Positions 24,540-38,123 of a DNA stretch of 64,000 nt are shown here, piece by piece. Below the pieces are notes generated by a model. That model was given only the letters and a program-made list of their open reading frames with translations. It had not been told where the DNA came from and searched no databases. Origin of the DNA: Malacoraja senta (Eukaryota). Both the position numbers and the translations under genes were made by a program. Every line of letters begins with the position of its first letter. Position 1 is the first letter of the stretch. The stretch is taken from NCBI GenBank assembly GCA_038087875.1, contig CM075992.1, positions 8,868,001 to 8,932,000 on the forward strand, given 5' to 3'.

Positions 24540-27085
24540 CTATAGTGGAGAAAAGAAAATATATAAAATCAGCAAGGCTTCTGATTTACGTGTTCACAGA
24601 AGGTAGACTAAAATGCTGGAGAAACTCAGCGGGTGAGGCATCTATGGAGCGAAGGAATAGGTGAGGTTTCGGGTTGAGACCCTTCTTCAGACTGCTTGGC
24701 ACATACACTGGAATGTGTGATGTGCTGATTTGAAATGACTGCTACAGAGAGCATACTATCTGGATGCACCACCGCTTGGGTTTGGCAACGGCTCTGCAGA
24801 AGACCACAAGAAATTGCAGTCGAGGATGTCGCCCAGTCCATCACACATCCCAAACTCCCCACCATCAACACCTCACACTGCCTCAGGATAGCAGCCAACA
24901 TAATCAAGGACTATTTACGCCCTGGTCATTCCCTCCTCTCATCTCCCCCATCGGGCACAAGATACAACAGCCTGAAAGTGCCAAACAGTCTGAAGAAGGG
25001 TCTCAACCCGAAACCTCACCTATTCCTTCGCTCCATAGATGCCTCACCCGCTGAGTTTCTCCAGCATTTTAGTCTACCTTCTGTGAACACGTGATTTGAT
25101 GCCTGCCATCCGGGGCGGGATCCATGTGTATACGTGATAGATGTGGCCCGCCATCCGCTCACAGACATGCGTCCCGGCCCCTATGCAGAACAAGGTTGCC
25201 CACCCCTGGCCTACACGATCTTTGATCTTTGATTTTTCCAGCATCTTCTTAAGCACCAGATTCAGGATCAGCTTCTTCCCCGCTGTTATCACAGTACATG
25301 ACCTGGAATGTAGTCCTGATCTCCCACCAGTCTCATTCCAGACCATGGACCTGTCCTCTGTAAGTGTAACACAATATTCTGCTGCCTGTTTATCTTTCTC
25401 TCTGCACCACCTGCTATACTAGTGTGTGGCTTAATTGTACTTGCATGTTGTACGATTTGACTAGACAGCACAGTGGCACAGGTGGTAGAGCTGCTGCCTC
25501 ACGGCTTCCTCTGGTGCCGTCTGTGTGGAGTTTGCACGTTCTCCCTGTGTGATTGCGTGGGTTTCCTCTGGGGTTCTGCGCTTTCCTCCCACACCACAAA
25601 GATGTGTAGTTTGTTAGTTCATTGACCTCTGTTAATTGCCCTTTATCTTGCAAGGAGTGGACGAGAAAGTGGAATAACATAGAACTTGTATGAAGGGGTC
25701 TTGGAGCCATACAGTGTGGAAACAGGCCCTTCGGCCCAACTTGCCCACACCAAACTACATGCCCCATCTACACTAGTCCCATTTGCTGGCGGCTGCAGCG
25801 AATCGTCCGATCAGCAGAGAAGGTTATTGACTGCAACCTTCCCTCCATTGATGAACTGTACACTGCAAGGGCCAGGAAGCGAGCGGGCAAGATCATCTCT
25901 GACCCCTCTCACCCTGGCCACAAACTCTTTGAATCACTTCCCTCTGGAAGGCGACTCCGGATTGTCAAACCCGCCACAGCCAGGCATAAAAACGTTTTTT
26001 ATCCAAGAGTAGTTGCTCTACTTAACAGCCAAAAATCTGTAGCCTCCCTTTGATCTGGTATTTTGTTGGTTCACATGCTTGATCAATGGTGTTTTATCAT
26101 TAATGTCTTATTATTATTAATTAGTGTTTTCTGAGTCATTCGTAACTGTCACTGTATGTCATGTTGTTACTTGTGGGTGGAGCACCAAGACAAATTCCTT
26201 GTATGTGAATACTTGGCCACTTACTTACTTACTTACTTGCCCGCATTTAGTCCATATCCCTCTAAACCTGTCCTATCCATGTACCTGTCTAATTGCTTCT
26301 TAAACGTTGCCCCAATTATCTCCCACGGCAGCTCGTTCCATACGCCTACCACCCTATGTGTGAAAAAGATATCCCTCAGATTCCTATAAAATCTTTCCCC
26401 CTTCTCCTTAAATCTATGTCCTCTGGTTCTCGATTCCCTTACTCTGAGCAAAGAGCAAGAGTCCACGCCAACCATCGATCACCCACCCGTTCACACTAGT
26501 TCTATGTTATCCCACTTTCTCATCCACTCCCTACACACCAGGGGCAATTCGCAGAGGGCCAATTAATCTACAAGCCCGCATGTCTTCAGGAAGCATGGGA
26601 AACCGGAGCACCCGGTGGAAACCCACGTGGTCACAGGGAGAACGTGCAAACTCCACCCAGACAGCAACTGACGTCAGGATCGAACCCGAGTCCCTGGTGC
26701 TGTGAGCAGCAGCTCTACCGGCTGCACCACTGTGCCATTCCATCAGACTGAATCAAAACACAATCCTAATGCAGAACGAGTTGCACCTAAACTAAACCAG
26801 ACAAGAAGAGTTACGAGGATGTTGCCACGAATTCCAGGGCCTGAGCTACAGGGAGAGGATGGGCAGGCTGGGACTTTATTCCTTGGAGCGCAGGAGGCTG
26901 AAGGGTGATCTTACAGAGGTGTATAAAATCACGAAGGGAATAGATAGCATGAATACAGAGCCTTTTCCCAGGGTCGGGAATGAAGAACCAGAGGGCATAG
27001 GTTTCAGGTACGAGGGGAAAGATTTAATAGGAACCTGAGGGGCAACTGTTCCATACAGATGGTGTGTGTAGGAAGGAACTATGGA

Positions 27086-28100
27086 TGAATGAATGAATAA
27101 GTTTATTGACCAAGTATGTACACATACAAGGAATTTGCCTTGGTGCTCCACCCGCAAGTAACAACACGACATACAGTAAACCATTAAGAATAAAACATAA
27201 AACATTAAGAATAAGACATCATAATTTAAACATGTGAATGAAATAAAATACCAGAGCAAAAATGGCCTACTCCTGCACCTATTTTCTATGTATCTATAAA
27301 AGGAGGCTACAGATTTCTGGCTGTTGAGTAGAGCAACTACTCATGGATAAAATCTGTATTTATTTCCAGCTGTGGCAGCTTTGACAATCCGGAGCCGCCT
27401 TCCAGAGGGAAGTGATTCAAAGAGTTTGTGGCCAGGGTGAGAGGGGTCAGAGATGATCTTACCCGCTCACTTCCTGGCCCTTGCAGTGTACAGTTCATCA
27501 ATGGAGGGAAGGTTGCAGCCAATAACCTTCTCTGCTGATCGGACGATTCGCTGCAGCCTCCGGGTGTCGTGCTTGGTGGCTGAGCCAAACCAGACCATGA
27601 TGGAGAAAGTGAGGACAGACTCTACGATGGCCGTGTAGAATTGGACCATCATTGCCTGTGGCAGATTGTGCTTCCTCAGCTGCCACAGGAAGTACATCCT
27701 CTGTTGTGCCTTTCAGACTGTGGAGTCGATGGTGGCCCCCCACTTAAGGTCCTTGGAGATGATGGTTCCCAGGAACTTAAAAGACTCCACAGATGTGACT
27801 GTGGTGTTGTTGATGGTGAGTGGTGGGAGGGGAGAGGGAGCTCTCCTAAAGTCTACAATCAATTCCACCGTCTTAAGAGCATTGAGCTCTAGGTTGTTGC
27901 GACAGCACCAGGACACCAGCTGTTACACTTCTTGTCTGCAGGCAGATTCCTCCCCATCCTGGATCAGTCCAATCAGGGTTGTGTCATCCGCAAACTTGAG
28001 AAGCTTGACAGAGGTGTCTGTGGAGGTGCAGTCGTTGGTGTAGAGGAGAGGAGAGAGTACGCAGCCTTGCGGTGCTCCTATGCTGAGGGTCTGCGGATCC
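27086..28100 (-). mobile_element. Rex1/Babar-type LINE 3' fragment (RT domain to tail)
   Basis: GAPQGCVLSPLL..., KFADDTTLIGLI, NNLELNALKTVELIVDFRR, FKFLG, ESVLTFSIMVWFG...LQRIVRSAEKVIG. (ttca)n tail. Confidence 0.85.
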
Positions 28101-28613
28101 GAGATGTGCTTTATACTGAAGATAGACACAAAATGCTGGAGTAACACAGTGGGACAGGCAGCATCTCTGAAGGAAAGGAATGGACCTGAAGAAGGGTGTT
28201 AACCCGAAACGTCACCCATTCCTTCTATACAGAGATGCTGCCTGTCCCGCTGAGTTACTCCAGCATTTTGTGTCTATCTTCCATACAAATGGTATTTGCA
28301 ACACTACCATAGGAGGTAGTTGAGGCAGGGGCAATAGCAATGTTTAAAGGACATTTGGACAGGTCCATGGATAGGAAAGGTTTAGAGGGATATGAACCAA
28401 ATGTGACTGGCTGAGATGGGGCATCTTGGGCAGCATGACGTGACACTATGAGAAGCAGAAACCTCTTGAACGTCCTCATTTAAGGGACACTGAGAGACAA
28501 TTCCTATTGAACAAGGACCAAAAGGTGCCAGTAACAGGAGGTAAAGTTATCTAAATAATGATTGAAGAAACCTGCTTACTTTTCACAAAATGACCTTGCT
28601 CATCAACAATAAA

Positions 28614-29103
28614 TCAGGCTTTTGTTTGCTTCTTTCCTTGTTTCTTCTTTCCTCTGTTCATCAGCTTGTATCTCAGCTTGCGTGGGTCCAGCCCGTACGC
28701 CTGCAGCCTGGAGCCGCTGAACACCCGGCCACCCATCTTCACCCGCGAGCCCAGCCGCACGTTTCTCCTTCGGAGTTTCCTCTTCTTAACGGGCTGCGCC
28801 GCCTTTTCCCCCTGGGCGGCCGGAGGAGCAGGTGACGTTCCCGGTGCTTGGCCGGCGCCCGCTTCCTCCGCCAATGTTGCAGTCACACCGCCGCTCTGCT
28901 TGCCAATCAGGACGGCTTCATCCACCTCAGCATCCGGTCCACCCATCCCGGCCTCCAGCCTCCCGCCCACCGGGCTGGCATTAGTGCTCTCCATCTCCGC
29001 TCCGACTCCTTCCTCCAGCAGCCTTGCCGTTTGCACTTTATCCCTGCGCTTCTTGCCCATCTTGGTTCTGCCAGCAGCCTCGTCAGTCTGAGATTCTTCT
29101 TCC
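28614..29103 (-). CDS. KRI1: KRI1 last coding exon
   Basis: Acceptor ttgttctgcag|. Reads EEESQTDEAAG...VKMGGRVFSGSRLQAYGLDPRKLRYKLMNRGKKKQGKKQTKA-TGA. SRLQAYGL matches the KRI1 C-terminal motif. Confidence 0.92.
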
Positions 29104-30776
29104 CTGCAGAACAAAAACATTTTTGTTTAATTTTTAAAAGGGTCAGTAATTTAACCTTCAATTCACTATTAATACTGAATATCTCATGGAGAGAGGCTCT
29201 GTGCTTTAACAGCAGAGGCATTAACTGCCCAAGAAAGGGCTAGGGTGTGTAAAGGTCGGCAGGAGTGTGAGAGTTTGAGAGAGATCGAATAGACATGGGG
29301 TGAAAAGGTGAGACTGAAGAGCGTTATAAAAGATAATATCTTCAGTGTAAACCAGCATCTGCAGTTCCTTCCTACACATTTTGTCTGCTCCACTGCAAAA
29401 TCTCCTCAAGGTATGTGTACTCTGAAGAATGTGTAGGAAAGAACTGCAGATGCTGGTTTAAATCGAAGGAAGACACAACATGCTGGGTGGAGTAACTCAG
29501 CGGGACAGGCACCATCTCTGGAGAGAAGGAATGGGTGAGGTTTCCGGTCGAGACCCTTCTTCAGACTGTCCCGCTGAGTTACTCCAGCATTTTGTGTCTA
29601 CCGTCTACTCTGAAGAAGTTCTCCTCCTCTCTCCGCCCAAACTAGTCTGAAGGAGGGTCTCCACTGTCCACTGATCTGCAAATCAATCAATAATAGATGT
29701 CAATTTATATGTTAAGCATTTAACTGCTGATGAGAATAACAATAAAAATGAAAGTCAGAGGGACAGTTCCGAAGAGCCTAGTCAGAAAACTTGTTTTGAT
29801 TTAAAAGTCTCGGATAAAACTCAGTCGACAATACAGTTCATATGTCAAGCATGCAACTTTAGTTAAACACAGAATGATATCGATCACTCCAGTCGATGAG
29901 GTAAATGGGATAATGCAGGGAAAGGTTGGACAAACTTGGATTGGTTTTTCTGGAGCATCAGAGGCGGAGCGGACACCAGATGGAAATATATAAAATTATG
30001 AGAGGTAGATAGTCAGAACCTTATTCCCTCGGGATGGGAATGACAAAGACCAGAAGGCATAGCTTTAAGACGAGAGGGGCAAAGTTTAAAGGCGATGTGT
30101 GGGGCAAGTATTTGTTCACAAAGAGAGTGCCGAATACGTACTGCCAGGGGTAGCAGTGAAGGCAGATATGATAGTAGCGTTTAAGAGGTTTTTGGTTAGG
30201 CCCATGGATATGCAGGGAATGGAGGGGTACGGATCACGTGCAGGCTGAGGAGATTAATGTAACTTGGCATCATTTTCGCCACAGACATTGTGGGCCGAAG
30301 GGCCTGTGCTGTACTGTTCTATGCTCAACACCCAGAGCGTTACAACAACGAGCTGCAATGATGCAACCCCGAAAATTGTCATAATGTGTTGCTGCAGACA
30401 ATTCACAGGCAATATTATAGACAATGAAAGCTGGAATATTTGCCTAAAAGCTATTTTTTAAATGACTGAAACGACCAGATTTAGCCAACTATAAGAACAA
30501 GAGAAAACCAAAATACAGAGTATGCTGCTTTGACTAAAGAAATAAAGCACACTCCTTTGAAGGCAGGTCACAGAACTGGGCATTAAGCATAATTACGCTT
30601 TATCCACCCCCCCCACCCCACAAAAACCCTGCATGCGAGCGAGTCCTGAAAAGACGGCACCAACTCCGTCATTGTGGTGAACACCCAAGAAGCCACTACT
30701 TCCTTTTTCTGAGCTGATTCCTGTCATTATCAAGACTACTGATGGTATTTGACACTGTTTGACTGGTGACACTTAC

Positions 30777-30872
30777 TGCGGCGCCAGAGACTTAAAGGTC
30801 TGCTGTTTTTTCCAGGAATTCTGTGCTTTCTTCTTGTAAACCTTCAGGTCAAGTACCTCTTCTTTCTCTGTT
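30777..30872 (-). CDS. KRI1: KRI1 coding exon
   Basis: (R)TEKEEVLDLKVYKKKAQNSWKKQQTFKSLAP(Q). 96 nt, phase 2/2, donor CA|GTAAGT. Confidence 0.93.
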
Positions 30873-31912
30873 CTGAGGAAATAGAAAATTGTGTTTTTAC
30901 TGGCTTTGCAGTTAAGATGTGATGTGCAGTTTTAGTTTAGATACAGCGCAGAAACAGGCCCTTCGGCCGACCGAGTCCGCGCCGACCAGCGATCCCCGTA
31001 CGCTAGCACCATCCTACACACTGGCGACTAGTTACAATTTTTACCAAAGCAACACAATCCTATAAAGCTGTGCATCTTTGGGGTGTGGGAGGAAACCAGA
31101 GCACATGGGGCAAACCTACGTGGTCGAACATACAAACTCCGTACAGACAGCACCTGTAGTCAGGTTGGAACCCGGGTCTCTGGCACCGCAAGGCAGCAAC
31201 TCTACCGCTGCACCACCGTGCCGCCCTATCCATGCAGTTCTCACTAAATTTAGATGGCCAAAGCTAAAAGTACTTTATTGCATTTTACAAGCTCTCCTGT
31301 GGAGATATGGCATCACAAAGATCAACTAATTCAGCAAGGACCAGGGCGCTTCCTAATCTGTCCGGAACAAAACACGTAATTACAGTAATAAATAAATCAC
31401 TTATAGGAAATTCCAAGTATGCACGGGAAAATAACTGGGAATGATGCAAGTCTGGACCCTTGCAGAAGTTAGGAATGTGGACATGCAGTTTAGTGATACA
31501 GCATGGAACCAGGCCCTTCAGCCCACCGGGTCCATGCCGACCAGCGATCACCCGTCCACACTCGTTCTATCCTGCACACTTGTGATAATTTACTTATTTA
31601 ATTAATCTATAAACCTGTACATCTCTGGAATGTGGGGGGGAAACTGGAATAGACAGAGAGAACCCATACAGTCACAGGGAGAACGTGCAAACTCCGTACA
31701 GACAGCACCCATAATTAGGATCGAACCTGGGACTGGTGCTATAAGGTGGCAACTCTGCCATTGCCCCACTGTATCGCCCTGCGTTCTGCTTATAACAGAG
31801 TGTTTTGTTTTCATGTTATAATCTGCAGTTAGTTTAGAGATACTGCACGGAAATAGGCCCTTTGGCCCACCGAGTCTGTGCTGTCCGCCAATCCCCGCAC
31901 ATGAACATAATC

Positions 31913-32120
31913 CCACACACAATCCCACACCCACGCACGCACCCACGCACGCACCCACACACACCCACGCACACACATGCACCCACACACACATGCACCC
32001 ACACACACATGCACCCACACACACGCACCCACACACGCACACGCCCACACGCACGCGGCCACCCGCATGCACCCACACGCACGCACCCACACACGCACCC
32101 ACACACGCGCGCACACACAC
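31913..32120. repeat. CA-rich compound microsatellite inside a V-SINE
   Basis: Degenerate array of (gcacccacac)-like and (ca)n units. Confidence 0.9.
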
Positions 32121-32149
32121 GATAATTTACATTTATACCAAGCCAATTA

Positions 32150-32455
<306 letters not shown>

Positions 32456-34064
32456 TTATTGTTGCAGATTTGGTCATGAAGTTAGAGTCATTGAGCATGG
32501 AAACAGGCCCTTTGGCCCAACTTCCCCATGCCGACCAAGATGCCCCATCTACACTAGTCCGACCTGCCCTGTTTGAGTCATATCCCTCTAAACCTATCCA
32601 TCCATGGGCCCGTCCAAATGTCTTTTGAAGACACACTGGCCCCAAAGCTATGTAACAATGTATTGATATTGGATGATTATTGTCAGTCATTCATCACGGA
32701 AACAGGCGCTTCAGCCCAACTCATCCATGCTGTCCATGGCGCCCAAATAAGCTCGTCCCAAGTGCCCATGTTTGGTCTATAATTGCTCTAAACCTACAGA
32801 AGAGAGGTAGTACACAAATACTTTGCTTTGCCTACTATCCAGGCATATCATCTCAAAAACAAGTACAATTATATAGCCTGCACAGACTGCACCAGGAGTG
32901 GAAAACGAGAAAGGAAACAGAATGACAAATAGCGTTACAGAGAAATTGCAGATAACAAAAGTGCCAAGTTTTCAACGGTAGATTTGGAGATACGAAATTC
33001 CCCCCTAAATTGTTAATATGCGTTTGTGACCCGAGAATCTTTTTGTTATTTACACACAATAACGATGCTGTCAGCAGAAACTAATTTACTGATCACCTAT
33101 CACGGCATAGCAGTAGGTTGCAAATAAATGAGAGGCTGGTGGGGATACAGTTGCTGATGCTCATTCAGCATTTAGAGATACAGCAAGGAAACAGGCACTT
33201 CGGCCCACGCCGACCAGCGATCACCTATTCACACTAGTTCTCTGTTATCCCACTTTCTCATCCACCCTCTACACACAAGGGGCAATTTACAGAGGCCAAT
33301 TAAACAACAAATCCGCATATCTTTGAAGTGTGGGGGGGGGGACCAGAGGAAATTCATGCGGTCACAGGGAGAACGTGCAAACTCCACGTAGACAGCAGCA
33401 AAAGTCAGGATCGAAGCCGGGCCTGAGGCAGCAGTTCTACCAGCAGCGCCACTGTGATTTGATCAGGAAATCTGGAATCACATTCTGGACATGACAGATT
33501 TCTTTAAAAACTAAAGTAAAATCCAGCAAGTATGATAATTTCCAGGATCTTTGGCAGTTCTTCTACCAGCCCACTTATTAAAGGGGAACCTGAATGCAAC
33601 ATCTGGGGATCTACTACAGCAGTGCAGCCACTAGTGTCCTCAACACCTGTCTCAAACTCTATAGGTGTACAGTAGAAAGCATATCAACTGGTTGCATTAT
33701 AACCTGGTTCAGCAATTTGAACATCCAGGAGTGAAGGAGACTGCAAAAAGCAGTAAACACTGCCCGGTCCATCACGAGTACTGACCTCCCCACCATCGAA
33801 GGGATCTACAGGAGTAACTGCCTCAAAAAGGCAGCCAGCATCATCAGAGACCCACACCACCCTGACCACGCTCTCATTTTACCCCTGCCATTGGGAAGAA
33901 GGTACAGGAGCCTGAAAACTGGGTCCAGGTTCAGGACCAGCTTCTTCCCTACAGCTATCAGGCTATTACATTAAATACTCCAACCTCCTGATAAGCCCAG
34001 ATCTACATAGACTTGGGGGCATTGGATTTGTCTTTTTGCAATATTATTGTTTGTTTTTAATGTA

Positions 34065-34088
34065 TGAGTGCACGTGAATGTGTGGGTG

Positions 34089-34146
<58 letters not shown>

Positions 34147-34271
34147 CGAGTGTGTGTGTGTGTGCGCGCGTGTGTGTGCCTGTATATTTATATGTATATG
34201 TACCTGTGCGTACCTGTGCGTATGTGTGCGTGCATGTGTGAGAGTGTGTGTGCGCGCATGTACACACACAC
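34065..34271. repeat. (TG)n / TG-rich microsatellite
   Basis: Long TG dinucleotide run with interruptions, in a LINE 3' UTR. Confidence 0.95.
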
Positions 34272-35916
34272 AGATATTACAAAAATATATTTGTTTGTTT
34301 ATTATATTGTTTACAGGGTACTATGTTTACATATTCCGTTGTGCTGCTGCAAGTAAGAATTACATGGTTCTGTTTGGGACACAAGACTATAAAACACTCT
34401 TAGGAAGCAGAAAAGGCAAAAAGGTTACATTACTGGGCTTTTGTATACAAAAATGTCCTTTGTTTTACTCAATCAATAGCAATGAAGATTTTAACTGAAG
34501 TTGTTCCAGTGGTCAGACCACCAGTGTTTTGGAGTTTCTAAGCACGCAGTAACTCAGACTTACATTATAAAGAATTTCTTTAGTCAGAGGGTGGTGAATC
34601 TGTGGAATTCTTTTTGCCACAGGAGATTGTGGAGGCCAAGTCAGTGGATATTTTTTAAGGTAGAGATAGATAGATTCTTGATTAGTACGGGTGTCAGGGG
34701 TTATGGGGAGAAGGCAGGAGAATGGGGTTAGGAGCGAGAGATAGATCAGCCATGATTGATTGGCAGAGTAGACTCGATGGGCCAAATGGCCTAATTCTGC
34801 CCCTACCACTTATGAACGTATGAGCTATATTTTCCATTTCGTGAGATTGTCGACAGAACTTTACAAAGACAAAATTGGGCTCAGTACCACATAAGGAGAG
34901 ACTGAAAGCTGGTCAGAGAAAGATGCACAGCGGTAGAGAGTTAGAGATTGAGTAGATATACACAAAATGCTGGAGTAGCTCAGCGGGACAGGCAGCATCT
35001 GCGGAGAGAAGGAATGGGTGACGTTTCGGGTCGAGATCCTTCTTCAGACAGGTTTCGACCCGAAACGTCACCCTATCCTTCTCTCCAGAGATGCTACCTG
35101 TCCCGCTGAGTTGCTCCAGCATTTTGTGTCCACCTTCGATTTAAACCAGCATCTGCAGTTCTTTCCTCGTGATTGAGTAGGACAGAACTTATCGGGTCAG
35201 ATAGTAGAAAGTATGGCAGTCTTTGGAATGGTGAAGGAGAACAGTAGATAGGACAATGACGCACATTTATTTGTCAATAAATTCTTGCTTTTGTGGAACT
35301 CTTTCCCACTAAATCCCTTTATTTCCGTTCTATCAAAAGGCCCTCCACTCCACAAAGACCTCGTGTCTCAGAGTAGAGCGTCCTTGCAACTCCAAGCACT
35401 CACAACACGTCTGCAAACTCTACATGATAACCTGATATTTGTAGGTCATCGTGCCTGAAGCTTTCATATTTCATAGGAGCAGAACTAGGCCAAGTCTACT
35501 CCTCCATTCAATCCTGGCTAATCTATCTTTCTCTCTCAACCCCATTCTCCTGCCTTCTCCAACATAACCCCTAACACCCGTACTAATCAAAAATCTGTTA
35601 ATCTTTGCCTTAAAAATACCCAATGTCTGGACTTCCACAGCCATCTGTGGCAATGAATACCACAGATTCACCAACTACTGAAAAAAAATAATTCCTCCTC
35701 ATCTCCTTCCGAAAGGAACGTCCTTTTACACTGAGGCTGTGGCCTCTGCTTCTAGTCACTCCCACTAGTGGAAACACCCTCTCCACATCCATTCTAACCA
35801 GACCTTTCACTATTTGGTAAGTTTTAATGAGATCCCCCCCCTCTCATCTTTCCATACTCCAGTGGGCACAGGCCCGGCGACGTCAAATGCTCATCATACG
35901 TTAACTTTAAGCATTA

Positions 35917-36135
<219 letters not shown>

Positions 36136-38123
36136 TCAAACACATTAAAAGAGATAAGGTAAATGCCACATCACCAAATTTACCAAAATGAAAGTAGCAA
36201 GCACAGCTCCTCTGAGTTGTTAGTTAAATCAAAACGACATGATCTGCCCTGCTTTTTATCTTATGTTAATGTGCTTTTCCCCATGTTTTAGTGATTTATT
36301 TTTCTTAGTTTAGCTTAGAAATACAGTACGGGAACATGACATTAGGGTGGCATGGTGGCGCAGCGGTAGAGTTGCTGCCTTATAGCACCAGAGACCCGGG
36401 TTCGATACAGACTATGGTTTTCCCCAGGTGCTCCAGTTTCCTCCCACATGCCAAAGACGTACTGCATTGTAAGTTACACAAAAATGCTGGAGAAACTCAG
36501 CGGGTGCAGCAGCATCTATGGAGCGAAGGAAATAGGTAACGTTTCGGGCCGAAACCCTTCTTCAGACACTGCATTGTAAGTTTATTGGCTTCTAGTGTGT
36601 AGGATAGTGCTAGTGTACGGGGATCGCTGGTCGGCACGGACTCGGTGGGACAAAAGGCCCGTTTCCGCGCTATATCTCTAAACTAAACTAAACTAAACAT
36701 TCAGCACACCGAGTCCACGCCGACCACCGATCTCCCGTTCACACTAGTTCTATATCCCACTTTCCCATCCACTCCCTACACACTGGGGGCAATTTACGGA
36801 AGCCAATTATCCTACAAACCTGCCCGTCTTTGGGATGTTGGAGGAAATCAGAGCGCCCGGAGGAAACCCACGTGATCACAATAGACAATAGGTGCAGGAG
36901 TAGGCCATTCGGCCCTTCGAGCCAGCACCGCCATTCAATGTGATCATGGCTGATCATCCCCAATCAGTATCCCGTTCCTGCCTTCTCCCCATATCCCCTG
37001 ACTCCGCTATCTTTAAGAGCCCTATCTAGCTCCCTCTTGAAAGTATCCAGGGAACCGGCCTCCACCGCACTCAGAGGCAGAGAATTCCACAGGCTCACAA
37101 CTCTCTGTGAGAAAAAGTGTTTCCTTGTCTCCGTTCTAAATGGCTTACTCCTTATTCTTAAACTGTGGCCCCTGGTTCTGGACTCCCCCAACATCAGAGG
37201 GAGAGCGTACAAATTTCACACAGATAGCAGCCGAGGCCAGGATCAAACCCGGTTCTCAGGCACTGTGAGGCAGCAACTCTACCAGCTGTGCTGCTATGAC
37301 ACACAATTCTGCCTGCTACCCTTTTTTTCTGGCTTCAAGCCATCCTTTAAATGCACCAAAACCAATCCGGAAAGAAAGCTTAAAAAAAACACTAATTATG
37401 GGAGACTATAAGGAAGTCTAGAAAATGCAAAGATGCGTTGATGTGAAACAACAGAAAGCAAAGTAATACCTGCCTCACCCTATCACAAGTACAGTAAAGC
37501 TCTGGTAATCCAGCACCCTTGGAATTTCACTGCTGCGGGATAAACAGATTGAATACTATCCTATTTATACCCCAAGCTCTTTATTCTCTACGTAGTGGTA
37601 GAATAAACTCACCCAGTGAGTATAGAGGGAGCTTGAGAGACGGGGCACCAGCAAGTTTAAAGAAAGTATGCACAGCAGGAAAAGTATGGCAAATAATCCG
37701 GGGGTTTGAACAATGGGACAGGATTATGAAAACTTTACTGTAATCCCATTGCCTATGCTCTCTGCTCTCTGCTCCCACCCTTTCTGCAAATGAAACCTAA
37801 CCCGTCTTCTCCCTTTCCCAGTTCTGGTGAAAGGCCTGTGACTCAAACATTAACTTCCTCTTTCCACAGATGCAGAGTGCTGCTACATTTTCATTCTCCT
37901 GCCTTCTCCCACTGGCCCTCGACGCCCTTGGTGAAGCGGTCTCTCCAACCACTCCCCCTCCCCACCCGATCACTGAACTCCCTGCCCCCACACTGAACCC
38001 AGTGGCAGTGGCCTTGGCACCCAAACTCATGGGTCAAGCTCATACCTTCTGGGAACCCTCCCATGGGAATCTGGGAGAACTTCTGACTATTTATCCATCT
38101 TATCTTAGACACAGCCGGAGTAA

